Positions 30,023 to 41,506 of a stretch of 64,000 nucleotides of DNA are shown here, one piece after another; within the stretch, counting starts at the first letter, position 1, and the number at the start of each line of letters is the position of its first letter. The stretch lies in the NCBI GenBank assembly GCA_963664115.2, contig CAXWPJ010000010.1:320001-384000 (forward strand), written 5' to 3'. This stretch comes from Terriglobia bacterium (GTDB taxonomy: Bacteria > Acidobacteriota > Terriglobia > 20CM-2-55-15). A program made the position numbers and the translations under genes. The notes below the pieces were generated by a model that saw only the letters and a program-made list of their open reading frames with translations, was not told where the DNA came from and searched no databases.

Positions 30023-32461
30023 CTATATCGTCAATGGTACGCCCACTTCCTCATGATCTTTGGACCGATACCAGAGTTTTTCACCATCCCGATACACTTC
30101 AACCTGGGCAATACCCTCAAGGTTGCCCTGTATCAAAGCTTCCGACAACGGGTCCTCGATGTAGCGCTGAATGGCTCGACGTAAGGGCCGCGCTCCATAA
30201 TTCCGATCGTGGCACACTTTATCCAGTATCCACAGCTTGGCCTCTTCCGTCAGACTCACTTCCAGGTGCTTGTGCTCAAGGTAAGTGTTCAGCTGGTCGA
30301 TCATCAGTTCAACGATACGTTCCAGGTCGTTGTCGGTAAGCGAGTTGAAGATGATAATTTCGTCGAGCCGATTGATGAATTCGGGATTGAACAGCCGTTT
30401 CACTTCGACCATCACCGCTTCTTCCATCTTGGCCTCGGTGGCCTCCTCGCTCGGGGCCTGGAAGCCCAGGCTCGTGTGCTTGCTCAGGAAACGCGCACCG
30501 ATATTGGAAGTCATGGTGATGATGGTGTTCTTGAAGTCTATCGTGTTGCCCAAGCCGTCAGTCAACTGGCCGTCTTCGAACACCTGCAACAGTATGTTGT
30601 AGACATCGGGATGGGCTTTCTCGATTTCATCAAGCAGGATCACCGAATATGGATTTCGCTTCACACGTTCGGTGAGTTGGCCACCCTCCTCGTAACCGAC
30701 ATACCCTGGGGGGGAACCAATCAGTTTCGACACCGAGTGCTTCTCCATGAATTCGGACATGTCGAATCGAATCAGGGCTTTCTCGCTGCCAAAGAGGAAC
30801 TGGGCCAGCGCTCGCGCCATCTCGGTCTTACCCACACCCGTCGGCCCCAGGAACAGGAACGATCCTGCCGGCCGGTTCGGGGACTTTAAGCCTGCCCGGG
30901 AGCGGCGGATGGCACGTGCCAAGGCATCGATCGCCTTGTCCTGGCTGACGACCCTCCGATGCAGCTCTTCCTCGATTCGGGTGAGGCGAAGCATCTCTTC
31001 TTCCTTGATCGATGTCACCGGGACACCGGTCCACTTGGATACGACTTCTTCAATATCGGCCCGTGTGACGACTCCCATCGTGGCGGTTTCGCTGATGTTG
31101 AATTTTTCGCGAATGCCCTGGAGATTGTCCCGCTCTACCTGCTCCTGACTCTTGTAGTGCTCGGCTTTCTCGAATTCCTTGCTTGAAATGGCGCTTTCCA
31201 TCCGGGCCACGATGAACTTGATCCGGCGCTGGATATCGGTCATTTCAGACGGCAGTGTCGCCTGCCGTAGCTTGACCCGCGCACCGGCCTCATCGAGCAG
31301 GTCGATGGCCTTGTCGGGCAGGAAACGGTCAGGAATATATCGACTGGACAGGTGCACGGCCGCTTCGATCCCTTCTTCCGTGTAGCTGACCATGTGGAAC
31401 TTCTCGTAACGCGACTTCACACCGTGCAGGATGCGGACGGTTTCCTCCTCGGGGGGCGCCCCGACCTTAATCGACTGGAAACGCCGCTCGAGAGAGCGGT
31501 CCTTCTCGATGGACTTTCGAAATTCGGCGGGTGTGGTCGCACCGATACACTGGATCTCGCCACGCGACAGTGCCGGTTTTAGAATATTAGCCGCATCCAA
31601 CGAGCCTTCGGCAGACCCCGCACCAACCAGCGTATGCAACTCGTCAATAAAGACAATCGTGTTGGGGTTGTCCACCAACTCCTTCATGATGGTCTTCAAT
31701 CGCTCCTCGAACTGACCTCTGTACTTTGTTCCCGCAACGATCAACGAAAGGTCGAGTACGAGGATCCGCTTGTCGGCGAGGAAGGTCGGCATTTCTCCGT
31801 CGACGATTTGTTGTGCCAGTCCTTCAACGATGGCCGTCTTACCGACACCGGGATCACCAATCAGGACGGGGTTGTTCTTGGTTCTCCGGCAGAGGATCTG
31901 GACGACACGATCGATTTCGTTACCCCGGCCAACCAATGGATCGAGTAACCCATCTACTGCCGCCTGAGTCAGGTCCCGCGAAAACTCCGACAGGAGAGGT
32001 GTTTCCTTTGGCTTGACCAGAGTTTGCCTATCCACGACCGAACGGGCCAACTCCTCGCGAATGGCATTCAGACGCAGGCCGCGCTCGTGCAGGATTTCCC
32101 CCGCCACACACTTTTCTTCCCGCAGGATGCCGAGCAAGAGATGCTCGGTTCCGATGTGACGGTGATTCAAACGCTCGGCCTCTTCGGCCGCGTACGCCAG
32201 TATCCGCTTGCACTCGTTGGACAGGGGCAAATCAATGGACGTCGATACCTTCTCGCGTATCGTCGTCCGTCCTTCAATTTCTTTGCGGATGCTTTCGATG
32301 GAAGACTGGTTGCGCAGGAAACGGTTGGTAAGATTCTTGTCCTCCCGAATCAGCCCCAACAACAGGTGTTCGGTTTCTATCGTCGTGCTACCGAACTGGC
32401 TGGCTTCATAGCGCGCGAAGAAGATTACGCGACGGGCTCTTTCTGTATATCGTTCGAACAT
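30023..32461 (-). CDS. clpC: ATP-dependent Clp protease ATPase subunit ClpC
   Basis: [11 protein letters not shown], two AAA+ modules ([16 protein letters not shown]), GARPLRR. Confidence 0.93.
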   Translation of the reverse strand: MFERYTERARRVIFFARYEASQFGSTTIETEHLLLGLIREDKNLTNRFLRNQSSIESIRKEIEGRTTIREKVSTSIDLPLSNECKRILAYAAEEAERLNHRHIGTEHLLLGILREEKCVAGEILHERGLRLNAIREELARSVVDRQTLVKPKETPLLSEFSRDLTQAAVDGLLDPLVGRGNEIDRVVQILCRRTKNNPVLIGDPGVGKTAIVEGLAQQIVDGEMPTFLADKRILVLDLSLIVAGTKYRGQFEERLKTIMKELVDNPNTIVFIDELHTLVGAGSAEGSLDAANILKPALSRGEIQCIGATTPAEFRKSIEKDRSLERRFQSIKVGAPPEEETVRILHGVKSRYEKFHMVSYTEEGIEAAVHLSSRYIPDRFLPDKAIDLLDEAGARVKLRQATLPSEMTDIQRRIKFIVARMESAISSKEFEKAEHYKSQEQVERDNLQGIREKFNISETATMGVVTRADIEEVVSKWTGVPVTSIKEEEMLRLTRIEEELHRRVVSQDKAIDALARAIRRSRAGLKSPNRPAGSFLFLGPTGVGKTEMARALAQFLFGSEKALIRFDMSEFMEKHSVSKLIGSPPGYVGYEEGGQLTERVKRNPYSVILLDEIEKAHPDVYNILLQVFEDGQLTDGLGNTIDFKNTIITMTSNIGARFLSKHTSLGFQAPSEEATEAKMEEAVMVEVKRLFNPEFINRLDEIIIFNSLTDNDLERIVELMIDQLNTYLEHKHLEVSLTEEAKLWILDKVCHDRNYGARPLRRAIQRYIEDPLSEALIQGNLEGIAQVEVYRDGEKLWYRSKDHEEVGVPLTI

Positions 32462-32592
32462 GGTCTCGTCTTCAAGGTGAACCGAATTCCAGAAGGACTT
32501 CCGTTCTCAATTATCCAGTCGTTTCTTCCGGTTGTGCAACTCTATCGATTCTAAACGAAGGCCAAATTCAGAACAAGGCCCCGGGAAGGATA

Positions 32593-32741
32593 ACTCTTCC
32601 CCCCACACCAACTCTTCCCAATACTCTCTTCCCAATACTCTTCCCTACGCGAGGGGACAGGGCAGTCAGACCCCTTTTTCTGTGGGCTTTTCAGCTTATC
32701 TAAAAATTAAGCTGAAAAAGGGGTCAGACGGCCCTGTCCCC
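32593..32741. repeat. ACTCTTCCC tandem units followed by a REP-like palindrome
   Basis: GGGGACAGGGC..AGACCCCTTTTT...AAAAAGGGGTCAGAC.GCCCTGTCCCC at 32653-32741. Confidence 0.7.
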
Positions 32742-32746
32742 AAGGG

Positions 32747-33451
32747 TTACACCAACTTTCCCCTATCGATCTGCCAGATCTGGTCACACTGTGCCGCAAT
32801 CGTTTCGTTATGTGTCACGATCACTGAGGTCAACCCACGCTCGGCATGGAGTTTGCGTATCACTTCGAACACTTCGTCTCCCGTCTCGGGATCCAGGTTA
32901 CCGGTCGGCTCGTCGGCCAGAAGAAGTTCCGCATCTCCGGCCAGGGCACGTGCGATAGCAACTCTCTGCTGCTCCCCTCCGGAAAGCTCCCCGATCTTGT
33001 GTTCCCTCCGTGCTCCGAGACCCATTTGGTCAAGCAATTGGCCCCCGCGTGCCATGGCATCGTCCCGGGTCTCTCCCCTCACGATCAACGGCATCGCCGC
33101 ATTTTCGGTCGCGGTAAATTCGGGCAGAAGGTGATGAAATTGAAAGACAAAGCCCACATGGCGGTTTCGATACTGTGCCAGACGGATTGGATCCAATGAA
33201 AAGATGTCTTCCTCCCCGAACAGGACCTGGCCCGAGGTTGGAGAATCCAGGCCACCCAACAAGTGGAGCAACGTGCTCTTACCTGCACCCGAAGGTCCAA
33301 TTACGGCGATCAGGTCGCCCGAGGCCACACGCAGATTCAGCTCTTCGAAAACGACGATGTCTGAGGCGGGCGTAGGGTATATTTTCGTTAGGTTTACGGC
33401 CTCCAGCACTGCGGCAGAGGACGGAGAGCTATTTTCAGATTGTATCTGCAC
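32747..33451 (-). CDS. lolD: Lipoprotein-releasing ABC transporter ATPase
   Basis: GPSGAGKSTLL, GFVFQFHHLLPEF and ADEPTGNLD motifs. Confidence 0.9.
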   Translation of the reverse strand: MQIQSENSSPSSAAVLEAVNLTKIYPTPASDIVVFEELNLRVASGDLIAVIGPSGAGKSTLLHLLGGLDSPTSGQVLFGEEDIFSLDPIRLAQYRNRHVGFVFQFHHLLPEFTATENAAMPLIVRGETRDDAMARGGQLLDQMGLGARREHKIGELSGGEQQRVAIARALAGDAELLLADEPTGNLDPETGDEVFEVIRKLHAERGLTSVIVTHNETIAAQCDQIWQIDRGKLV

Positions 33452-33546
33452 AGCGTAGGATTATGACCCGTGCGACAGTTTGTCTGATCCAAAACGGGCA
33501 CACGGCGTTCTCACTGGGAAAAAATCGACCAGAACGTGCCCAAAGC

Positions 33547-34761
33547 TTACTCATACCGGAGAGCCTCCACGGGCTGGAGCTTCGAGGCCGCTCTGGAAGG
33601 GTACAGGGTGGCGGCGTAGCTGATCGCGACTGCCGCAACGGCCACGATAGCGGAGTCGGCTGCGCTGGTCTGGAAAGGAACGTATGCGATGGAATAAACG
33701 TCCTGGGAGATGCTGACCCACTGGTACCGGTCCGCCATGAAGCTGACGAGATTCCCGATGACGAGGCCCAAACTCGTGCCGACGACACCGATGATCACCC
33801 CCTGGGCGATGAAGACCCGCCGGATGTTGTCAGGGGTCGCACCCATAGCCATGAGCACCGCGATGTCGCGGGTTTTCTCCATAACCATCATGACGAGCGT
33901 CACCACGATGTTCAACGAAGCCACGAACACGATCAGACCGATCGTGATGAACATGACGATCCTCTCCAACTGCAATGCCTCAAAGATCGCCGAATTTTGA
34001 GCTCTCCAATCCGTAAACTCCAGGCCCTCGCCGGCGGCAGCGGCGATTTCGGGACCGAGTACTCCGGATTGATCGATGTCGTCAATCCGGACTTCTATCG
34101 AAGAAGCCATGTCGCCGGCCCCCAACAATCGTTGCGCAGCCTCCATCGGAACGTACACATAGCCGGCGTCGAATTCGTAGAGCCCTGAGCGGAACACGCC
34201 CGAAACTTCGAACGAACGGGATCGCGGCGCGGGACCGGCCGGAGTGAGTATCGTTTCCGCGCTCAAGGCCCGGACACTGTCCCCGACGAAAGACCCCATC
34301 GCCAGTGCCAGCTCTTCGCCGATCAGAATCGAACGGGGCCCAAAATCCTCCGGGCTGCCCTCAATGAGGCTTTCAAACACCTCAGAACGCTTCGCTTCCA
34401 GTTCGGGCACGATTCCCTTCATGTACGCAGGGCGGCTCTGAAAACCATTTGTCAGGAGCACCTGCTGGTAGAGAGCGGGCGCTGCAGCGTTAACACCGGC
34501 GACCGATTCCGCTCTTCGGGAGATCTCGATATAGTTGGGAATGCCCTCCCGGGTCGGCCGCAACAAGGTGATGTGGGCCTGTGTACCGAGGAGCTTTTCT
34601 TCAAGGTCCTGGCGGAAACCCGCGTTGATCGCGAGCGCGATGACCAGAGCAGCGACACCGGCCGTGACGCCGATAACCGAAATGATGGTAATCAGAGACA
34701 CCACGGCCTGCTTACGCTTGGCCTTCAGATACCTGAAAGCAACGATGAACTCGAACCGCAC
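33547..34761 (-). CDS. Lipoprotein-releasing ABC transporter permease LolC/E
   Basis: IAxRYL-type N-terminus, EKTRDIAVL and YPSRAAS..PVEALRYE motifs. Confidence 0.9.
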   Translation of the reverse strand: MRFEFIVAFRYLKAKRKQAVVSLITIISVIGVTAGVAALVIALAINAGFRQDLEEKLLGTQAHITLLRPTREGIPNYIEISRRAESVAGVNAAAPALYQQVLLTNGFQSRPAYMKGIVPELEAKRSEVFESLIEGSPEDFGPRSILIGEELALAMGSFVGDSVRALSAETILTPAGPAPRSRSFEVSGVFRSGLYEFDAGYVYVPMEAAQRLLGAGDMASSIEVRIDDIDQSGVLGPEIAAAAGEGLEFTDWRAQNSAIFEALQLERIVMFITIGLIVFVASLNIVVTLVMMVMEKTRDIAVLMAMGATPDNIRRVFIAQGVIIGVVGTSLGLVIGNLVSFMADRYQWVSISQDVYSIAYVPFQTSAADSAIVAVAAVAISYAATLYPSRAASKLQPVEALRYE

Positions 34762-34829
34762 GAAGGAAATTATGACACGGAAAGCGCCCGACACCGTATG
34801 GCACAGCAACTTGAGAGGTTTGATTTCTT

Positions 34830-35001
34830 TCACCGCAAAGGCGCAAAGACACAAAGAATAAAAAGAGATAGGCTGTCTGGATTTCGGCGGGATGACCCTA
34901 GTAGGTTCCCAATGACTATGGTGCTAAGCCAACTGAGTGTGAGCAAAGTAGACTCAACGAAACCCGGTCTTGTCTTTTTTTCCTTTGCGCCTTTGCGGTG
35001 G
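34830..35001. repeat. Family-A inverted-repeat element copy 6
   Basis: Family termini plus degenerate core. Confidence 0.85.
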
Positions 35002-35070
35002 AAAAGTAATCGATGCGATTGTGGCACAATGGAGGTTTGGACTGAGAACGGAAGAAGGAACTGACACTGA

Positions 35071-36879
35071 ATGAATCTTCGTAACATCGCCATCGTCGCA
35101 CACGTCGACCATGGCAAGACCACGCTCGTCGACGCCATGCTCTGGCAGAGTGGAACGTTTAAGAAGCACCAGACTGTGCAGGACCGCGTCATGGACTCGA
35201 TGGATCTCGAGCGAGAAAAAGGCATCACGATCATGGCCAAGAACACGGCCATTCGATATGGCGACATCAAGATCAACATCGTCGATACACCCGGACACGC
35301 TGACTTCGGAGGTGAAGTGGAACGCACTCTCGGGATGGTCGACGGCATCATGTTGCTTGTTGATGCAGCGGAGGGACCGCTGCCACAGACACGCTTCGTG
35401 CTGTCGAAAGCCCTGGATCTGAAGCTGCCCGCCATCGTCGTCGTCAACAAGGTCGACCGCAAGGATGCACGCGCCGCAGAAGTACTCAACGAGATCTACG
35501 ATCTGTTCATCGATCTCGACGCGACAGAAGGTCAAATCGATTTCCCTGTGGTCTACGCGGTGGCGCGGGAAGGCCAGTGCACTCGCACTCTCGGAGAACC
35601 GCTCACAGACCTGCGACCACTCTTCGACACGATCGTCGATCACATCCCCGCCCCAACTGGCGAGCCGGACCGGTCGTTTCAGATGTTGGTCACGACTGTA
35701 CAGCCGGACGACTACAGGGGACCGCTGGCGATCGGACGCATCGTTACCGGAACAATCCGTAATCGTCAAAAGGTCACCCTCTGCCACCGGGACAGTTCAC
35801 AGACTCAGGCTGAAGTGACCGAGCTGTTTGTTTACGAGGGCCTGGAACGCGTATCGACCGAGGAGGCCGGCCCGGGCGAAATCGTAGCGGTGGCCGGCAT
35901 GACGGGAATCGGGCTTGGCGAAAGCCTCGCAGACGGCGAAGATCCTCACCCCCTTGCACCGTTACACGTGGATGAACCGACGATGTCGATGGAATTCTTG
36001 ATCAACAACTCTCCCTTCAGCGGCAAGGACGGGGCCTACGTGACGTCGCGCCATCTGCGGGAACGCCTGATGAAGGAAGCGAGCAACAATCTTTCGATGC
36101 GGGTGGAAACCACCGATTCGCCAGACCGCTTTGAAGTATTCGGCCGGGGCGAGCTGCAACTGGCAATCCTGATCGAACAGATGCGGCGCGGGGGCTACGA
36201 GTTCTCGGTCGGAATGCCCCGCGTCATCACCCGGGATATCGAGGGACGCAAACACGAACCTTTCGAGCTGGCCCTGGTCGACACCCCGGAAGAGTATATG
36301 GGTGTCATCATGCAGAAGCTCGGGACGCGAAAAGGCGTGATGGGAAAGATGGTCAACCACGGCTCGGGTCGCGTGCGGCTGGAGTTCGACGTCCCCAGCC
36401 GGGGACTGATAGGATACCGGACCGAGTTTCTCACCGACACCAAAGGCACCGGCATCCTCACACATATCTTCAACGAGTTCCGACCGTGGGCGGGCGAGAT
36501 CAAACATCGGGCGACCGGAGCCCTGGTCGCTGACCGGGAGGGCCCCGTCACCGGCTTCGCGGTGATTAATCTGCAGGAGCGCGGTGAGCTCTTCGTCGCA
36601 CCTACCGATAAAGTCTACCGGGGCATGCTGGTAGGAGAAAACAGCCGGGACGCCGACCTCGACGTCAACATCACCAAGGAAAAGAAGCTGACGAACATGC
36701 GGGCGTCGGTCTCAGACACCTACGAGAAAATCGTTCCGCCCCGCCTGATGTCGCTGGAACAGTCCATCGAATTCATCCGCGACGACGAGCTGATCGAGGT
36801 CACTCCAAAACACCTCAGGCTCCGCAAACGCCACCTCGACCCCAACGACAGAAAGCAACACGCCGCACGGAATAATTAG
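35071..36879 (+). CDS. typA: Translational GTPase TypA/BipA
   Basis: [29 protein letters not shown] and GRGELQL motifs. Confidence 0.96.
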   Translation: MNLRNIAIVAHVDHGKTTLVDAMLWQSGTFKKHQTVQDRVMDSMDLEREKGITIMAKNTAIRYGDIKINIVDTPGHADFGGEVERTLGMVDGIMLLVDAAEGPLPQTRFVLSKALDLKLPAIVVVNKVDRKDARAAEVLNEIYDLFIDLDATEGQIDFPVVYAVAREGQCTRTLGEPLTDLRPLFDTIVDHIPAPTGEPDRSFQMLVTTVQPDDYRGPLAIGRIVTGTIRNRQKVTLCHRDSSQTQAEVTELFVYEGLERVSTEEAGPGEIVAVAGMTGIGLGESLADGEDPHPLAPLHVDEPTMSMEFLINNSPFSGKDGAYVTSRHLRERLMKEASNNLSMRVETTDSPDRFEVFGRGELQLAILIEQMRRGGYEFSVGMPRVITRDIEGRKHEPFELALVDTPEEYMGVIMQKLGTRKGVMGKMVNHGSGRVRLEFDVPSRGLIGYRTEFLTDTKGTGILTHIFNEFRPWAGEIKHRATGALVADREGPVTGFAVINLQERGELFVAPTDKVYRGMLVGENSRDADLDVNITKEKKLTNMRASVSDTYEKIVPPRLMSLEQSIEFIRDDELIEVTPKHLRLRKRHLDPNDRKQHAARNN

Positions 36880-36902
36880 CGCTCATTAAAAGACTAAGAT
36901 TT

Positions 36903-36986
36903 TTAACACGGAGGTCACGAAGTTGAGATGTCTTCAGAAAAAGAAACTTCGTGTTCCTTCGTTACTCTTCGTGGTCTTCGTGTTAA
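36903..36986. repeat. Family-B palindromic repeat
   Basis: TTAACACGGAGGTCACGAAG ... CTTCGTGGTCTTCGTGTTAA. Confidence 0.7.
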
Positions 36987-37058
36987 AAACTCCCCTCTTA
37001 CTCCGGCCGGAGATGCGGGATGCTCTCCGTGCGTGAGTATATGTGATATATATACATA

Positions 37059-37364
37059 ATGGATCCGGGGGAACTGCTTACCAACTGCACCGGATTTGAT
37101 TGGGATGAAGGCAATCTGCTCAAAAACTGGGAGAAACATGCAGTCTCAGGCGCCGAATGCGAACAAATTTTCTTCAATCGGCCACTTGTCGCAGAACCAG
37201 TCGCCAAACATTCGGGTGGAGAAATACGGTACTACGTCTTGGGCCAGACAGATTCTGGTCGGCCGCTGTTCTTGGTCTTCACGGTTCGTGGCCAATTGAT
37301 TCGAGTGATTTCGGCTCGCGAGATGAGCCGCAAGGAGCGACGGGAGTACGAGAAACATGGCTAA
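37059..37364 (+). CDS. BrnT family toxin (type II TA ribonuclease)
   Basis: FDWDEGN..KNWEKH.V...E...IRVISAR.M..KERR.Y pattern. Confidence 0.9.
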   Translation: MDPGELLTNCTGFDWDEGNLLKNWEKHAVSGAECEQIFFNRPLVAEPVAKHSGGEIRYYVLGQTDSGRPLFLVFTVRGQLIRVISAREMSRKERREYEKHG

Positions 37365-37656
37365 CAAACTGAAGAAGGTTCCTAGACAGCGGAATGAGGA
37401 TCAGGAGCGGAGCTTTTGGGCAAAGGCGGATTCGACAGGCTATATCGATTGGAGTCGAGCGCGCCCCCTGCTCTTGCCGGGCCTCAAACCGACGCTTAAA
37501 ACCATTTCAATTCGCTTACCTGAACACATGATTGCTGAATTGAAACTTCTCGCAAACAAGCGGGATGTCCCGTATCAAAGCCTGCTCAAGCTCTACCTGG
37601 CGGAACGGATCGACAAGGAGATGAAGCACCTCGGCCCATCGAAACTGAAAGCCTAG
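37357..37656 (+). CDS. BrnA/CopG-type antitoxin
   Basis: ERSFW...TISIRLP...LK.LA.KRDVPYQSLLK; overlaps the toxin stop. Confidence 0.88.
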   Translation: MANKLKKVPRQRNEDQERSFWAKADSTGYIDWSRARPLLLPGLKPTLKTISIRLPEHMIAELKLLANKRDVPYQSLLKLYLAERIDKEMKHLGPSKLKA

Positions 37657-37665
37657 CCAGTCCCT

Positions 37666-37728
37666 GGCTCCGCAAACGCCACCTCGACCCCAACGACAGA
37701 AAGCAGCACGCTGCACGAAACGATTAGC
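37666..37728 (+). repeat. Direct duplicate of the typA 3' end (36818-36880)
   Basis: 63 bp; first 40 identical, 5 mismatches in total. Confidence 0.9.
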
Positions 37729-37764
37729 CTGATTGGAACAATTGAGCTAGTCCAAATGTTTTTT

Positions 37765-37944
37765 TCACCGCAAAGGCGCAAAGACGCAAAGGAAGATAAA
37801 GACAGGATAGGTTGCCAACGCCGAATTCGACCGGCACCAGTTGGGTTGGCAACACAGTTGTTGGAAACCCACAAAACTGCATGCTGCTCGAATTTAAACA
37901 GCCTATGCCTTCTTTTTCTTTGCGCCTTTGCGCCTTCGCGGTGA
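37765..37944. repeat. Family-A inverted-repeat element copy 7
   Basis: Family termini; core in reverse orientation. Confidence 0.88.
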
Positions 37945-37948
37945 ATTC

Positions 37949-39424
37949 CTACTCCGGGCGGAGATGGGGAAAGAGTATGACGTCGCGGATGGACTTGGAA
38001 TCGGTCAACAACATCGTCAAGCGGTCCAGGCCGATGCCTTCCCCGGCGGTGGGGGGCATGCCGTATTCGAGAGCATGGACATAGTCTGCGTCCATGGAGT
38101 GCGCTTCGTCGTCGCCCCGCGCCTGCGCTTCCAACTGGGCTTCAAAACGCTTCTTCTGGTCGATCGGGTCGTTCAATTCGGAATAGGCGTTGGCCAACTC
38201 CATCCCGGCGATATACAGCTCAAATCGCTCGACCAGGCTCGGATCGTCCTTCTTGGCCTTCGAAAGAGGCGACATCTCGATGGGGTAGTCGTAGACAAAC
38301 GTGGGTTGGATCAGGTGCTTTTCAGCTACGGCATCGAAAAGCTCGCCGATCAGGCTTCCCAGCCCGAGTTGCGGATTGTAGTTGGCACTCACCTTGTCCA
38401 GCAGAGCCTTCACTCGGTCAAGGTCCGATAACTCCGCTTCTTCGATCGCATCGCCCGGAAAATACTTAACGATGGCTTCCTTGACTGTGATCCGTGTCCA
38501 TTGATTGAAATCCACTCCAACGCCGTCGTAGGTGATCGTCCGGGAACCACAAACTTTGTCCACGACCCCGGTGATCATTTCCTCAGTGAGATCCATCAGG
38601 TCGGTGTAGTTGCTGTAGGCCTGGTAGAACTCCAGCATCGTGTATTCGGGATTGTGCTTGAATGATATGCCCTCGTTTCTGAAGTTGCGGTTCAGATCAT
38701 AGACCCGCGTCAAGCCCCCGACGATGAGACGTTTCAGGTACAGTTCCGGTGCGATCCGCAGGTACAGGGGCATGTCGAGGGCATTGTGGTGAGTCTGGAA
38801 CGGCCGGGCCAGCGCACCACCGGCGATAGGCTGCAGAATCGGCGTTTCCACTTCAAGATATCCGCGATCATCGAGAAAGCGCCGCAACTCGCGGATGATC
38901 ACGCTTCTCTTGACAAAAACATCCCGCACATCCTGATTGACGATCAAATCGACATAGCGGCGGCGATAGCGGATTTCGATGTCGGTGAGACCGTGCCATT
39001 TTTCAGGCAGAGACCGCAGGCTCTTGGCCAAAAAGGTCAACCCGGACGCCAGGACAGTCAGCTCGCCTGTGCGCGTGCGAAACATCACGCCTTCGGCTCC
39101 GATGAAGTCGCCGATATCGAGCAAACGATAGAGTTCGAAATCAAGTTCGGAGAGCTTGTCCTTCCGGGCGTAGACCTGGATCTGTGAGCCGCCTTCGGAA
39201 ATCGTCAGAAAACCAGCCTTCCCGAAAGGCCGTGCGGCAACGATCCGACCGGAAACCCTTACCGTCGTCGGTTTGGCTTCGAGCGTCTCCGCCGAGTCCG
39301 GCTCAAACTGCTCAACCGCCGCCGCAATCGTGTGGGTATAGCGGTAGCTCGTAGGATAGGGATCACACCCCAACGCCTCGATCTTCTGGAGCTTCTCTAA
39401 GCGTATTTCTTCAGGTTCGTCCAT
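37949..39424 (-). CDS. lysS: Lysine--tRNA ligase (class II)
   Basis: [26 protein letters not shown] and [16 protein letters not shown] motifs. Confidence 0.96.
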   Translation of the reverse strand: MDEPEEIRLEKLQKIEALGCDPYPTSYRYTHTIAAAVEQFEPDSAETLEAKPTTVRVSGRIVAARPFGKAGFLTISEGGSQIQVYARKDKLSELDFELYRLLDIGDFIGAEGVMFRTRTGELTVLASGLTFLAKSLRSLPEKWHGLTDIEIRYRRRYVDLIVNQDVRDVFVKRSVIIRELRRFLDDRGYLEVETPILQPIAGGALARPFQTHHNALDMPLYLRIAPELYLKRLIVGGLTRVYDLNRNFRNEGISFKHNPEYTMLEFYQAYSNYTDLMDLTEEMITGVVDKVCGSRTITYDGVGVDFNQWTRITVKEAIVKYFPGDAIEEAELSDLDRVKALLDKVSANYNPQLGLGSLIGELFDAVAEKHLIQPTFVYDYPIEMSPLSKAKKDDPSLVERFELYIAGMELANAYSELNDPIDQKKRFEAQLEAQARGDDEAHSMDADYVHALEYGMPPTAGEGIGLDRLTMLLTDSKSIRDVILFPHLRPE

Positions 39425-39433
39425 AAGATTTTT

Positions 39434-39603
39434 TCACCGCAAAAGCGCAAAGGAAAAGAAAACGTAGCCTGTGAAAGTTCAGGGCAATCAATTCTCATGG
39501 GTTCCCAATAACCGTATCGAAAATCCAACTGTTTCTGGTCGATTTAGATGTAGGCAAGGTGTTCAGTCTTTTCTTCCTTGGCGCCTTTGCGCCTTTGCGG
39601 TTA
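39434..39603. repeat. Family-A inverted-repeat element copy 8
   Basis: Family termini; the right terminus coincides with the nusB TAA stop. Confidence 0.85.
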
Positions 39604-40020
39604 GCTCTTCCTCTCTTCTTCGATTTCCTTGTAGATACTGTCGAGCAAGCCGTTGATGAACCGGGGGGATCCCAGGGTGCTGAAACGGCGCGCGATTTCA
39701 ATCGCCTCATCGATCACGACCGTCGCCGGTGTATCGGGTTCGTGCAACAGCTCCTGGGTGGCCATGCGCAGCAGGTTACGGTCGAGAGTTTCCATCCGCT
39801 CCAGACGCCAGTTCTTTGCGTGGCGCTCGATCAATGGATCCAGGGCTTCAAGATGTTCGACGGTGCCGTGTACCAGGCGGTCGGCAAAGGTGCGGACATC
39901 GTCTTCTGCTTTGTTCACTTCCCAGAACGTCGCAATCGACGTATCCAGGTTGTCGCGCCGGAGATCCCACTGATACAACATCTGAAGCGCATATTCTCTC
40001 GCGGCCCGTCGACTGCCCAT
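39601..40020 (-). CDS. nusB: Transcription antitermination factor NusB
   Basis: RRAAREYALQMLY, WRLERM..LDRNLLR and FINGLLD motifs. Confidence 0.95.
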   Translation of the reverse strand: MGSRRAAREYALQMLYQWDLRRDNLDTSIATFWEVNKAEDDVRTFADRLVHGTVEHLEALDPLIERHAKNWRLERMETLDRNLLRMATQELLHEPDTPATVVIDEAIEIARRFSTLGSPRFINGLLDSIYKEIEEERKS

Positions 40021-40023
40021 AGA

Positions 40024-40509
40024 TCAGAGACCCCGAAGCGACTGCACCATCTCGATGACAGCAATAGCCGCGTCGTAACCGCGGTTCCCGATCCCACCGC
40101 CGGCCCGCGCCAGGGCTTGTTCGACGTTATCGGTCGTCAGCACTCCGAAACCGATCGGGATGCCCGAATCCAATGAGACACGTTCCAATCCATGGGTCGC
40201 AGCCTGGCTCACGTACTCGAAGTGCGGCGTCTCGCCACGAATAACGCAACCCAGCGCAATGACCCCATCGCAGTTCTTCGCCAATCTCTGCGCGGCCAAG
40301 GGTAACTCGAACGCGCCCGGAACGCGGACGACGTCCACCCCATCACGACGGGTTCCGGTCTTTTCGAGCGCACTGAGCGCTCCTTCAAGGAGACGATCCA
40401 CGATCTCCTGATTGAATCGGCCCGCGACAATCGCGAAGCGATAGCCCTCTGAAGCGAGGTCCTCGATCGGATCCGGTTCTTTTTTACTTCCCTTTGAAGT
40501 TGGGGGCAC
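40024..40509 (-). CDS. ribH: 6,7-dimethyl-8-ribityllumazine synthase
   Basis: RFN..IV..L, VPGAFELP, LGCVIRGETPHFEYV; start uncertain. Confidence 0.93.
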   Translation of the reverse strand: MPPTSKGSKKEPDPIEDLASEGYRFAIVAGRFNQEIVDRLLEGALSALEKTGTRRDGVDVVRVPGAFELPLAAQRLAKNCDGVIALGCVIRGETPHFEYVSQAATHGLERVSLDSGIPIGFGVLTTDNVEQALARAGGGIGNRGYDAAIAVIEMVQSLRGL

Positions 40510-41263
40510 GTTTCTCCAGGAACGCTTCGGTCCCTTCTCGCACGTCTTCGGTCGCAAAGCACATCCCGAACAGAGTCGCTTCAAGGAACTGCCCTTCGGA
40601 CAAAGTCATTTCCATTCCACGATGGACGGCTTCGAGACAGTACCCGACGGCGAGAGGTGCGTTCGTCATGATTTTCCTCGCCAAGCCTTCCGCTGTCGAG
40701 AGAAGTTCAGACTGTGACACAAGGCGATTGATGAGACCCATTGCCAGTGCCGCTTCCGCAGAAACCGTCTCGCCCGACAACAGTATCTCGAGAGCCCGTC
40801 CTTTCCCGACCAGCCGAGGCAGGCGTTGGGAACCGCCGTATCCGGCAATCAGGCCCAGGCCAACTTCGGGCTGTCCAAAGACTACGTTCTCCGATGCCAC
40901 CCGCAGCGTGCATGCCATCGCCAGCTCACATCCTCCGCCCAGCGCGTATCCGTTGACGGCAGCGATCACCGGTTTGCCGAGTTGCTCAATAAAATTGAAG
41001 ACATCCTGTCCGGCGAGGGCATACTCGCGTCCGTCCGCAGGCGAAAGGGAGGCAAACTCTTTGATGTCCGCACCGGCAACAAAAGCCTTTGTGCCACTGC
41101 CGGTCAAGATCACGACACGCACTTGATCGTCACCCACAGCGGACTCGAAGGCCGTAACCAACTCCGACATCGTCAACTTGTCGAGTGCGTTGTGAACTCT
41201 CTCCCGGTTGACGGTAACGAAAGCGACACCATCTTTTACGTCATAGAGCAGATTTTCGTACAT
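40484..41263 (-). CDS. Enoyl-CoA hydratase/crotonase
   Basis: AFVAGADI, NGYALGGGCELAMAC, FGQPEVGLG and AFLEKR motifs. Confidence 0.92.
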   Translation of the reverse strand: MYENLLYDVKDGVAFVTVNRERVHNALDKLTMSELVTAFESAVGDDQVRVVILTGSGTKAFVAGADIKEFASLSPADGREYALAGQDVFNFIEQLGKPVIAAVNGYALGGGCELAMACTLRVASENVVFGQPEVGLGLIAGYGGSQRLPRLVGKGRALEILLSGETVSAEAALAMGLINRLVSQSELLSTAEGLARKIMTNAPLAVGYCLEAVHRGMEMTLSEGQFLEATLFGMCFATEDVREGTEAFLEKRAPNFKGK

Positions 41264-41290
41264 CAGCGCTTTTCTCTAGCGTCAAAGGAT

Positions 41291-41424
41291 TCACCGCAAA
41301 GACGCAAAGGAAGACAAGAAAGACATGGAATTGGGATATCAGGACAGTCGTTGAGAACCCTGAAGGGTCCAGTTCGCTGCACCTTTCACGGCCTATCCCT
41401 TTTTTCTTTGCGTCTTTGCGGTTA
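41291..41424. repeat. Family-A inverted-repeat element copy 9 (internally shortened)
   Basis: Family termini; partial core TTGAGAACCC. Confidence 0.8.
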
Positions 41425-41506
41425 GATCCCGAAGGGGAGATTATCTCATATACATGGACTGCAGGGATTCGTCGGCAGAATCCATTTCAATCTGTGTAAT
41501 CCGCAG

